64,000 bases of DNA, from the NCBI RefSeq assembly GCF_009914755.1, contig NC_060937.1; one strand, given 5' to 3'. This DNA is from the human T2T-CHM13v2.0 reference genome, Homo sapiens. The position numbers were made by a program, and so were the translations under genes. The notes under the pieces were generated by a model that saw nothing but the letters and a program-made list of their open reading frames with translations, did no database searches and was not told the DNA's origin. Shown one piece after another: positions 13,219 to 25,274 of this stretch. How positions within the stretch are numbered: position 1 is the stretch's first letter; every line of letters starts with the position of its first letter.

Positions 13219-13289
13219 ACCTCGGGTGATCCGCCCACCTCGGCCTCCCAAAGTGTTGGGCTTACAGGTGTGAGCCACTGCACCCAGCC
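13213..13289 (-). mobile_element. Alu 5' remnant (~75 bp)
   Basis: GTGATCCGCCCACCTCGGCCTCCCAAAGTG...CACCCAGCC. Confidence 0.9.
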
Positions 13290-13347
13290 AAAAGTAATTT
13301 CTACAGGACTCAGATTCTTTAGTTCTGTTTCTTTAATATCATGTGGA

Positions 13348-13446
13348 ATATATATATATATACACACACACACACATATATATACACACACACATATATA
13401 CATACATATGTATAAACACAAACACATACACACACACATATATATA
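13348..13446. repeat. Compound (TA)n/(CA)n microsatellite
   Basis: Read directly. Confidence 0.95.
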
Positions 13447-14255
13447 CCCACCATAGTGATATTTATTTAAAAATTCATTTTTTCCCTTGCATTTGTTTTG
13501 TTCTCATAGTAGAGCTACTCTTGATTCTCTTATCTTGAAACTTCTATGTATTGCTCCACACCTAGCCCTAACCCTGTATTTTCATAGTATTCCATTTCCT
13601 TCATCTTTATTACAAAGCTTAAAATAATTAAACTGGGAAGACAGTCTTAAAAGGTGAGGGAGGTGAAGAGACTCAGCAGGCCAAGCCAGAATTCTGGCAC
13701 AGGAAAAGAAAGACCACGAACACTCACACATGTATAATTTTTGTTTTGTCACCTAAAAATCGATTTGTGGACAACAAAACTAATTTGTTATGTATGATTA
13801 AGCCTGATGATTTCACTTCCTTACTGAATATTCAGCAGTGATTTTATCCCAAGTCCTCCTTTATCTAAAGCAAAATACCTGTAATTCATCTTTTCCTTAA
13901 GAGATTGTAAACATGTTACATTAAACAATCTGAATTTTAACATTAAAAAAAGGTAAAGCAAAAACTTCTATTTATCTTTCATACTACCTGTCTATTTATA
14001 GGCTTCTAGAGAGCATGACCAATATCTATTTGAACTTATTTTATATAACATATAACTTCTGAAGATACGTGTTTTCGCTACAACCCCTTTGTTTTTGTAT
14101 TTTTAAGAAACAACATAAATTTATTACCTTTATTATAGTCCTAGCTAATCTTAAATAACTTACGCAAGACTTATCAGCCATGGATATATTTATAACTCTT
14201 TTGAGTCTATTTATAGCTTTATTTGTCTCTTTGTTTGCTTCTTTTTGTTTGTGTA

Positions 14256-14566
14256 CAGCTATACTATCCAGTGTGGAAGCCCATTTCTTGTGGCGGTGAG
14301 CGCTTATAATGTGGCTTTTGAGAATTGAGTGTTCTTTAAGTGTAAAATACACAATGAATTTCAAAGACTTAGTTAAAAAATATATCTTATTAATAATGTT
14401 TTATATTAGTTACATGTTGTAGATATATTGCCTTTAGGTTATTTTATTATAAATAAAGCATACTTATTAAAATTCATTTTACCTGTTTATATTTCTTTTA
14501 ATGTGACTACTTAAATTTTAAAAATTATATATGTACCTCACATTATATTTCTTTTAGATAGCATTG
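14256..14566. mobile_element. MER33 (hAT-Charlie)
   Basis: AAGTGTAAAATACAC...TTTCAAAGACTTAGT and CATTATATTTCT...AGCATTG terminus. Confidence 0.75.
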
Positions 14567-16024
14567 TTCTAACTGAGGTAAGTCAGTTGTTAGGTCTTAT
14601 ATTGGAGACTTTGGGAGACAAATTCATATTTTACATGATTTTATGAACTATAATAGTCACTTGTCCTTTATCTTTGGAGCAAAAACGATTCATTTTTATT
14701 TATAATGAAATTAGAGGATATTCATCAGTAAGAAGGGGAGGACAGATTCAGATTAAGTTTTGACTGGGGGAAGTGACAATGGGAGGAGACCCTCTAATGC
14801 CTGGTAAAGTCAGGCCTGTTATATAGTAAACATTTGATACATATTAATTTTTTAAAAATTGGGTCAGGATTTGAAGAAATAGTAATAATAGGATATTTCA
14901 CACCATGAATAGAGTTATAGTTTAAATGCATAGGTGTAAGTTTAGGCCCTGGGGAGACTGGAGGTGCTTTTGGTTTTTACTGCCTGCCCTTGAGAGTAGG
15001 AGCTAGAACTCCGGGCATTTGTGAAAAATGAATAAGAGAAAAGGTGGAGGAAGGGATGAGAGTAAGTAAACTGAGAGTGTTTGGAACTTATTTCTAATTT
15101 TTGCAGTCTCATAAAATTTGATTTCCAAGAATTGCAATAGTTTATCAAAGTAGAGTTAAATGGCTTGCTAAAACTGAGAAGAAAATTCAAGTTGGTCTGA
15201 TACAGTTCAGTATTCTAAGATCAGGATCACCATGAATATGGATTTTTCCTTAACTGTTTTGGTAGCAGCACTATTATGTCAAACCTTTCTTTTTCTGTAA
15301 GGATATCCTGTCCCCTCACCACCTCCTAAAGGAATTGTTTTTTTCCTTCCTGCAAATTGAGTTACAGTTTTCCATTAATCTGCAATAAAAATTGAAAGTA
15401 TGTTACAGAAAAAATACCTTAGAAGCCAGGTCAAATAGTATTATATGTAATAATACAGTAACTAATTATGAAGTGCTATGTTTATTTGTCGTGTTTTTTA
15501 AGAGTTGAGGTTTAATGATTCTTTTTTTTACCAAAATGTTACTTTTCATATTGTAAGTTTCTTTAGAGTATCTATTGCTATGAATAAAATATTCTAAGGT
15601 GTGAATTTTATGTTTTTTTCGTAGGTGTTAATCTGTTCACATGCTTGTTTCATTGCTGTTGTTGTTGGAAGTCGTCCACCTGGCAGACAGGAAGCTCTGC
15701 TTGGGTGGGATTGGAGGTGCAGTCTTTCAATACTGGACTATACTAAGTATAGATTCCAATGGCAATGTAATTCCATTTCCTTGGCCTCATTAATACTACA
15801 TAGCAGTTCAAGATTCCTGGAATGGTCATAAAATTCTTTTGAACTATTAACAGTTTCTCATCCAGGCCTTAGGATAAAAAAAAATGTTCATTTTTAGGGT
15901 GACTGACATACTTATTTTAGGAGTCTGTTGAGTAGCTGTGAAGAAGCATTTTTTCTTTTTAAAAGTACTCATTTCCATAAGTGTCATAGGGAGTATGTTG
16001 AGCGAATAGGTTTTGGTCAGATTT

Positions 16025-17197
16025 GCTGATGCTGCATAATGACATTTTGGTCTACAATGGACCACATATACAATGGTGGTCCCATAAGATTATGATGGAG
16101 CTGAAAAATTCTTATCTCCTAGTGAAGTCAGAGATATCATAATGTCATAGCACAATGCATCATTCACTGTGGTGATGGTGGTGTAAACAAACCTATTGCA
16201 CTGCTAGTTGTATAAAGGTATAGCACATACAGTTATGTACAGTACATAATACTTGATAATAAGCAGCTATGTTACTGGTTTATGTATTTGCTATACTGTA
16301 CTTTTTATCATTATTTTAGCAAGAACTCAAGCTTAAAAAAAAAGTTAACTGTAAAACAGCCTCAGGCAGGTCTTGCAGGAGGTATTCCAGAAGAAGGCAT
16401 TGTTATGATAAGAGATGACAGCTCCATGGGTGTTGTTGCCCCTGAAGACTTTTCAGTGGGACATGATGTGGCGGTGGAAGACAGTGTTCTTGAAGATCCT
16501 GACACTTCGTAGGTTTAGGCTAATGTGTGTGTTTGTGTCTTAGTTTTTAACACAAAAGTTTAAAAAGTTAAAAAGTAAACATAGAAAAAGGTTATAGAAT
16601 AAGATACAAAGAAAATATTTTTGTATAGTCATATAATGTGTTTGTGTTTTAAGCTAATTATTATAAAAGTCAAAAAGTTAAAAAAATGAAAGTTTATAAA
16701 GTAAAAAAGTTTATAGTAAGCTAAGTTTACTTTAATATTAAAGAAATAAACTTTTTTTTGTAAATTAAGTGTAGCTCAAGTATATACATTTTATAAAGTC
16801 TGTGGTAGTTATTGTAATGTCCTAGGCCTTCACATTCACTCACCACACAACCACTGACTCACCCAGAGCAACTTCCAGTCTTGGAAGCTCCATTCATGTT
16901 AAGTGTTCTCTACAGGTGTACCATGTTTTATCTTTTATAGTATATTTTTACTGTATCTTTTCTGTGTCTAGATATGTTTGGATATATTAATACTATTGAA
17001 TTATAATTGTTTATGCAATACAGTAACATGCTGTGCAGGTTTGCAGCCTAGGAACAATGGGCCATACCATAGAGCCTATGTATGTGGGCTGTTCCATCTA
17101 AGTTTGTCTAAGTACACTCTGATATTTGTACAACAACAAAATCAACTAATGACACATTTCTCAAAATGTATCTCTGTTGTTAAGTGATGAATGACTG
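16025..17197 (+). mobile_element. Tigger3b-like non-autonomous DNA transposon, near full length
   Basis: GCATAATGACATTTTGGTC...GGTGGTCCCATAAGATTAT start; GTTAAGTGATGAATGACTG-TA end; ~1.17 kb. Confidence 0.88.
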
Positions 17198-17914
17198 TAT
17201 TTTATCCTAGAAATAATGTTTAACCTTATTAGTGATGTGCACTCTGAAAGATAAACTAATATATTTTAGTTACTGTATGACAAACTGTCACTCAGTGTGA
17301 CAGCTGAACCCAATTACATTGAAAAATTATGCTGCCAAACTCTGAAATAAATTGAAGATGACCTGGCTGGAAAATATAGGATATAGACATTTACAACAGA
17401 GATTTGAATTCCAACGAAAGAATGGTTGTAGTTTTGGATCGGTATGCATTTTATATTTTAGAACCTTAATTTATTATCTGTGTATGTAAAAAGATTAGAG
17501 CGGTATTAGTGGGAAGATTGTTTATGGGAATAAAATTTAATAATTAGATGTGTCACACTTGTGGCATGTTATTAGTTGTTAAAGAGGGACTCTATTAATG
17601 TAGCTTATTCCTGAGAAAAAACCACAAGTCTAATAAAAGTTTTGCTTTATATTATTATCAGGATATGATCAGATATTAATGTTTAACATACACTCATAAG
17701 TTATTAAATTATATCATTGTCCAGTTTTGACTCAGTTATTCAGTGTGGGTTACTATATTTAGCTCACAGATGATCTATTCTTTTGCTCCTAGCTATTTCT
17801 CTGTGGCTTCCCCTCCTCCTGCACGCACCCCCATATAAATACCAGTCTATTGGATCTAAATATGTATATTCATTTTCAATCTAACTTCATATCTGGTCAC
17901 ATATCCATTTTATC

Positions 17915-18172
17915 CCACAAACTTTTATTGATTACTTACCGTATGTAAAGCTAGGCACTTCGGATACAATGATCAAGATAAGGTCTCTGCCCTGGAGTTT
18001 ATAGAGTTGTAGAGGGTGACAAATATGGGCAATGAGATGTGTAAATTCTATCATAGAAATCAATTAGGGTATTGTGGGCTACACTGAAAAAAGAAATCTA
18101 CCAAGTAAGTCAAGGTAAGTCTTTATAAAGGTGATGAAGCTTGAGTTGAGTTTTGAAAGATGGCTAGAAGCT
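17915..18172 (-). mobile_element. L2 3' fragment
   Basis: TTTATTGATTACTTAC...CTAGGCACT...GGTCTCTGCCCT. Confidence 0.7.
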
Positions 18173-18179
18173 AGATCTG

Positions 18180-18500
18180 GCTACAGCTGTGTGGTCCAGC
18201 ATGGCGGCCACTAGCCACACATGTGGCTAGTGAGCATTTAAAATGTCCTTAGAATATAAAATGCACACTTAATTTTGAGGGCTAGGTGTAAAAAAAATGT
18301 AAAATATCTCAATAATTTCATAATATTTACTACATTTTGAAATGATATTTTGGATATTTGGGTATATGTACTGAGTTAATACAAGTTAATTTCACCTGTT
18401 TTATTTTACATTTTTCTTTTCATGTGGCTAATAGAAAGTTTGAAGTTATGTATATGGCTTGTATCTGTGACTTGCGCTGTATTTTTATTGGCTATCAGTG
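18180..18500. mobile_element. MER33 (hAT-Charlie), same orientation as the 14256 copy
   Basis: GCCACTAGCCACACATGTGGCTA and TTAATTTCACCTGTTT motifs. Confidence 0.8.
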
Positions 18501-19279
18501 GTCTGGAGATTTCTGAAATTTTTAAGATTTTTAAATTAGATGAACCATTAGAAGTATAGAAAGAAACTAAAATATATTCTAGCATGCCCTCTTTTTCTCT
18601 CTATGTGTGCATATGTGTGTACATATGTGTCTATATATACACACACATAACCTTTATATTGTTCAAGTCATTCATACTTTGGGTTTTCTGGTTATATGTC
18701 AGTAAACCTCATCCTAACAGATACATTGAATTAATAGCAACAATTTAAAAACCACAGACCACTGGGGAAAAACTTGTTCTCCCTACTCTGGCAAAAATTG
18801 CTTAAATAATTCATGGAAATCAATATGGCAACAAATTTAAAATACATTTTATTGTCAGCAAATACTTTGAAAGGAAAATTGAAAACGTTACAGAGTTGAG
18901 GAAACAATTATTAGAATCAAATGTTGGAGTTTGTTTTAAGTACAATGAGAGTACTCTTATTCCCAACATGTTTTTATATATTATTTGCTATATTGTGTTT
19001 CTTAATGAAATAAACAACTGCTTTTTGTGAGCTCTATAAAAATATATATAAGTGAATGTACACTTTCGACAGAAATTCCTGTATTCCCTGCTTATTGAAA
19101 CCAGAAATCAAGAAGGAATTCTACCTTTACCTGGAAAGCAGAAGATGTGTTTTGTGAAGATTTACTTGACTTATCAGAACAAGTCTCTCTTCCGGTATTT
19201 AGATTGCTACTTTGTATATTAACTGTCAGGGGCACCATATTTTAAACAGGACTCTGAATTGAATACTAGAACTCCAGAA

Positions 19280-19440
19280 TGCTGGTGCTTGATAAGATTT
19301 TAAAGATTATTTAGTTTTTCAGATGTGGAAACCTAGGCACAGAGAAATTACTGATTTAATGTGGGATACTCCGATTTTAAGTTGCCATACTGTGGAACTG
19401 GATTTCAGGTGTTTGATTTTCTAGTCTAGCAATGATCTCT
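19280..19440 (-). mobile_element. MIR/MIR3
   Basis: CAGATGTGGAAACCTAGGCACAGAGA core. Confidence 0.6.
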
Positions 19441-19477
19441 TTGGTTATATTAACGTGAGTCTCTTGGGTTTGGCTGG

Positions 19478-19867
19478 TGTATTAGTTTACTGGAGGTGTC
19501 ATGACACATACTGCAGACTGGGTGGCTTAAAAAATTGTAATTTATTTTCTCACAGTTCTAGTGGCCGCAGGACTGGTTTCTTCTGAACCTTTCTCCTTGG
19601 CTTGCAGATGGCCGTCTTTTCCCTTTGTCTTCATATGTGCTTTCCTTTGTGTGTCTATGTCCTAATCTCCTGTTCTTATGTGAACATCAGTTATATTAGA
19701 TTAGGGCCTATCCATATGATTTCATTTTATCTGACTTATCTCTTTAAAGGTTCTATCTCCAAATGCAATGCCATTAGGCTGTACTGTGTTCCCCCCAAAA
19801 TTCATAATGTTGAAGTCCTCACCTTTAGCATATGAATTTTTGGGGGGATACAGTGCAGCCCATAACA
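19478..19867 (-). mobile_element. MLT1 (MLT1B-like MaLR) solo LTR with terminal fold-back duplication
   Basis: TGTATTAGTTT...CTGGGTGGCTTAAA...CTCACAGTTCT start; CAGCCCATAACA end. Confidence 0.88.
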
Positions 19868-20231
19868 GCTGGTCTTAACTAAGCGAAAATAAGGGTAAAA
19901 TGAGTGATAGTGATAAAAATGTAAGGTCTTTTATTAGTAATGCTTTACTTAAATTCCTGTAAAAATGACAGTTTTCTATTTGTAAACCCATTGCTTTTTT
20001 ACTTTGAATTATTTCATCCTTTTCCATGCTTCTACTCTTTTCTTCCCCCCCCCGATATATTTTTATTCTCACATGCCTTCATCTGTGCATCCAAAGGCAC
20101 TGTTGATTCAGTAGTATCAGCGGAAAAGCCCAAATAGTTTTGACTCCAGCTAATTAAAAGAAAACACCTTTAAAAAATATATGCTGCAATGTTTGTAGAA
20201 AATCTAGGTCTTACTTTTCTTTATTAATATC

Positions 20232-20430
20232 AATAATAATAAAAATAATAATAAACCTCTGTTAAGTGCATATTAGGTACCAGGGATTTTGCTAAATGCT
20301 TTACCCTATGACTTTGGTAGTTTTATAGATGAGGGAACTAAAGGTTAAAGAAAGTGAAATAATTTTTCCAAGATTTCAGAGCAAATAATTGTTAAATTAA
20401 GCTTCAGACACAGGCAGTACTTGCTATGCT
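20232..20430 (-). mobile_element. MIR
   Basis: TTTTATAGATGAGGGAACTAAAG core with AAT-rich tail. Confidence 0.7.
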
Positions 20431-23400
20431 TACTGCCTGTTTTTTAGAATTCTTAGGAATTTAACTTGCAACTGTCTCGAATCCAAGCTATACTCTGATT
20501 GAAATTAAGATATGGAAATAACATCATATGTTGATAGCTTTTGTGGTAACTATCGTGTTTACTATGGCAAGCATTCAGCACACTGAGCTTTGGATGTTTA
20601 AATATATTGAAGCTTTGATTCTTGAAGTCCTCAAGAATCTGTTTGCTTACCCAGGCACAAAATCACTCAGCATCTTCACTTGGCACATAAATGCTAATTC
20701 AGTAGCATGATATACATGGCATGTCATAATTTGCCCCTGCCTGTCTTTCTAGTGACATTTTATTTTTTCTCATAGCTCTACACTCTTTAGTCATAATAAA
20801 CTACTACACTTATTTTCTGGAATTTAATTATTCTTATGGCTCCTTGGGGTTGCTCATGTTCCTTAGTTCCATTTAGGAAATATTTTATTGATTACTTACT
20901 AACGCACAATTCAAGGTTTGTTTGTTTCTGTCTGCACTATTGAGAGTGATGTTGGGGCCCAAAAGACCAAAAAGGAGTTGTTTACAGGTGGACTTGGACT
21001 GTTCTGAAGAGAATCTGCAGATACCTATTTGTGTTTTGCTAAGTGGAGCTTAAATGACAATGGGCCACAAGGAGCAGGGCTACAAAGGGAAGAGCAGGGG
21101 GAGAACGTTATCTATGTCTCTGGGTCCATTAGTAGGTACGTGCTTGATCCCAGCTGGATCAGGTTAACACTGGAGCAGAATTAGGAACAGAGGGCAATAG
21201 AAACAGTGAGTGGGGAAAGGATTATTGTGGTGACTATCACTTTGGTGCTCCATAGCGGTGCCTAGAGTAGAGGACCCATCACAGAAGTGTTCTAGCAATG
21301 ACTTATCTAGGAAACTAGCTACTGTAAACTTGGTTATTTGTTTATTTCTTCAGACTTGGTGATACATATTATGGTCTTCCATTAACATTATATGGTATAT
21401 GTCAGCAGCATTCTTGTATGGTTTTAAACCCTGACAGAACTATAAAGACCTTTTGGTGAGGAGAAGCAGATTAGTTTAAACATACTTGTATTTCTAGGTA
21501 GTTGATGGGAGCATAGCATAGGGATGGTATGCCCAACTCTGAGGACAGAACAGGATTGGGAAGATGATTCTTATCTTTAAGGATTTCAAGATCTAATAAG
21601 AGAGACTAATGTGTAAATTAAAAAATACTAAATAATGTGTTCAGGCCTTAGTGGTAGGACTAGTCAGAATTCAAATCCTGGCTCTTCCCTTTCTTTGCTT
21701 GTGACTGAGTGAAAGTGTGTATTAGATACCACAGTATCACAGAGAAGAAAGCAATGAACTATTTGAAGCAGTTGGGAAAGACATTAAGGTGGAGGATTCC
21801 CCTGAGATTGGCTCGAAAGGGTCAGCTGCAGTTTGCACAGTAGACTGGTGGAGTGAGGGCATTCCAGATAAAGAAATCTGAATTGGCACAGTGTATTCTA
21901 AATAGTGTTTTCTTCCTAGAAATGTTTTTCTTTCCCAGAAAATTCATACATATTCTTTAGATTTAGCTTCTATATTTTTTTATGGATCCTTGTTTAACTC
22001 ACATCTATCTCTCAACCTCAGGAGTCACATGGTTGGCAAATGCACTTGGTTAGCAAAACTGCAGTTGCCATGATCAAGGTCTCCTGGATGACAAGGGGTG
22101 GGAGGAGGAGAAATTAAGGTAATGCATTAAATGTGTATATTTATTTATAAACACATAACTAAAAGTTCTGGAAAACAGTTGTTTCCAAAACCAGAATTAT
22201 CTGTTGTTGTTTGTTTGTACCGAATGTAATAAAATGATAATGTAGTTACAAGTTTTTGTAAGGTATGTTGCTAGGCTGTTGACTGTTTTGATTTAATATT
22301 AGTAGGAGCTCTTCATGAGAAGAAACACTATTACATTAAAGGTATACATCAATTATGAGTTACATGTTTATTTCAGAAATGTTAAATATGAAAAAATGTT
22401 TATTGGAAAAAGGAAATATGGTATTCTGAATTAATAACTTTATGACATAGGCATTTGTATTCCCATTTGTATATAAGAAAAATGAAGTTTGGTGGAATTT
22501 GAAGCTAAGAACTTTGGGCAATATGGAGCAAGAGGCTTTTATAAGAGAGTGGCATGAGTGAAGTAGTGTGCCCATTGCATGTAGATTCATCTGATTGGAT
22601 AGAGTAGTGTCCTCTTATCCTTTCAGTGTTTCTTATATTTCTTTTCCTGAAACGGGACTTGTCAGAGAGCACAGCCTCTTCTGTAGCGAAGTATGTATAA
22701 GTTGGGAGGTGCTTCTTTCTAGCCCCAAGTTGTGCTTGTTTCTCTTAGGTCTTTTATAACTGTAAGCTGATGTACTTGACTCTCTACATTTATATTTGTA
22801 GGATTAATGAATAAATACTATTAGAATCCAATCAGTTTTTGTGTCCTGGTTTTCTGTAAATAACTTGGCCTTTGTGGTATGACTAATCTGAATCCAAATC
22901 CTGGTCTGTCTTTTCGTGGCTTTGTGATCTTCAACTATGTTACATATCTCTGAGCCTGTGTTTTTTTTTTTTTTCTCTCTCTCTCTCTCTGTGTATGTGT
23001 GTGTACCTGTATATTCTCACATATATGAAAATGAGGTAAATGATGTTATTTTTCCTTTTATTTCCCTCATAAGTGGAAACTGTATATATGAGAGAATTCT
23101 ATATATAACAGATCATTATATTATTGTTTCTGCTACTATACTGCATGTTCATTTAGCACATTTATTAGTCAAAATGTGGTCCACAGATGAGGTTTGCATA
23201 TTCATGAAATATTTGCTGTTCTAAGAGGAGATAAGGAACTTGTGCCAGAATGCAAATCATCTGTGCTAAGTACACTATTTCTTTCAACTAACCTTTCTTT
23301 TTTTTTTTTTTTTCTCATAACAAGACTTTCTTGATGAAGGAAGCAGAATGTCGATTCATATTTTACTTCTATCTCCTCATTGGCTGGCACTCTGAGTAGC

Positions 23401-23989
23401 CTGAATGTAGAGTGCTTTGGGAAGATATTTTGAAGAAAGCTTAATTTTATTTATATTACTTTTCATTTTTGGTGTTAGAAAGGTTTGTTATTATTAGTGA
23501 AAAGGTTATTAAATTTGAACTTGGATTCTAATCGTGTCTTTGCTACTGATTAGTTGGGCAACTGAATTAAATCTTCTAGGCCTTATTTTCCTGACGGAAA
23601 ATGAAGGTTGGGTTAGATATCTGTGGTTTTTGTAGGCTTTAACATGTTAATAATTATGTTTTTTAAGTACTATTTTTTTCTTTTACCTTTTTTTTTTTAA
23701 AAAAGCAAAACTGAGACCTCGTCAAAGTAGTAGATAAGAAGCACTGCAATAGAAACATACTTTAAGAAGCCTCTTTTTGGAATAGATGTTTTATTAAGCT
23801 GTAGTCAACCATATGGCAAGGATTTGATGCTAAGGCTATAATGATTGAGACTGTTTTTGTCTTCAAGTAGTAATATCCTGGGAAAGATAGACAAGTAAAT
23901 ACATACAAATGTAAATACATAAATCGGTAGTGTGTTAGAGATATGGACCAAAAATGTGTGAAACAGGAGGCTGTGAAAGACTCTCTAGA

Positions 23990-25004
23990 ACAAAGGTAAG
24001 CAAACATTTTCTATAAGGATCCAAATATTTTAGCCTTTGTGGGCCACATGGTGTCTATTACAACTACTCACCCTGCAGTTGTAGTGGAAAGGCAGCCATG
24101 TAAATAAAAATACATCATTTTTCAACACCAATTCTCTGGCACTAATTAAGTGTCCTAAAATTCAATCCTGATACTACATAGAGTTAGTGCAAACCTCTTA
24201 AATTAGAGGCAGAATCCTTCAATTCTGACACTAATTGAAAGTTAGTACAGACTCCACAAGTTAAGGAGCCAGTCCCACAAGACTGCTTCCATTTCAGATA
24301 CCAGCCTGAAATAGGCTACCTGCACTTCTGCTCAACTGACCACAAATTCAGAGGTTCCCACAACTTCCCTCAGGTTCTGTAATCACTAGAATGACTCAGA
24401 GTTCAGGAAAGTGCTACACTTACAATTACAGTTTTATTATAAAGGAAACAGCTTAGGAACAGCCAAATGGAAGAAATGTATAAGGAAGGCACTGAGAGGG
24501 AGTGGGCTATAGAGCTTCCATGCCCTTACTGGGCACACCACCCTCCCAGCAGATTGATATGTTTGCCAACCTGGAAGCATCCTGGACCTCGTTGTTTGAG
24601 TTCTTATCAAGGCTTCAATTATGTGGCCTGATTTATGGGCCACGTAATTGAACTCAAGTACCAGCCTTATATTCACTTGCTTAGTTTTTTTTGACTTGGC
24701 CAGCCCTTCCCTTGAAACTATCTAAGGGCCCCAACATGAGTTAGCTTGTTAGCATGAGCTCAGCTATGGTCAAAAGGGTCTTGTTATGAATAGCAAAGGA
24801 CACTCTTATCACCCAGGACATTCTAAAGATTTTTGAAGTTCTGTGCCAAGAATTGGGGGCAAAGACCAAATATATTTTAAATTATACGATAGGCAGCCAT
24901 TACTGATATGTAAATGAATGGCCAATGGCCGTATAATAAAACTTTATTTACAATAAGACATTGAGCTAGAACTGACCTATAGGTAGTAGTTTGCAGACCC
25001 TTGC
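23990..25004. mobile_element. MER58A (hAT-Charlie) split by a MER21 insertion
   Basis: GCAAACATTTTCTATAAGG...GTGGGCCAC left half; AATAAAACTTTATTTACA...TAGTTTGCAGACCC right half. Confidence 0.8.
24099..24891 (-). mobile_element. MER21 (B/C-like) solo LTR
   Basis: TTCAATTCTGACACTAA...CAGTCCCACAAGACTGC and GGGGCAAAGACCAAATATATT end. Confidence 0.85.
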
Positions 25005-25192
25005 TTTAGAAAAATGTGAAAAACTGCTGAAAGAATGTGACATTTGAACTGTTTCTTCTATTTATTTTAAACTTTTTGCTGATATGATACTATTTTATAG
25101 AATTTTTAAAATTTATTTTCAGTAGCACTAATAGATTTTTTTAAGGTGCTATGAGAGTGAGTAAGGAACTTTTTTTAAACACATATGCTGTG

Positions 25193-25274
25193 ATTAATGT
25201 GTTTTAATATCAATTATTAATATCAATTGATTGTTAATATCAATTGATTATTAATGTGTTTTAATATCAATTGA
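25193..25274. repeat. Complex short repeat: 4x TTAATATCAATT with a duplicated 23-mer at both ends
   Basis: Read directly. Confidence 0.85.

Noticed and set aside
13188-13470. Cys/Tyr/His-rich ORFs on both strands
   Set aside because: Translation of a (TA)/(CA) microsatellite and an Alu remnant.
13685-13698. Perfect 14-bp palindrome GCCAGAATTCTGGC
   Set aside because: About four are expected by chance in 64 kb (64000/4^7).
13800-13890. Possible C/D snoRNA (TGATGA)
   Set aside because: Imperfect C box, no terminal CTGA at a suitable distance and no terminal stem.
18101-18120. Tandem GTAAGT donors
   Set aside because: Within an L2 relic and lacking a convincing upstream acceptor.
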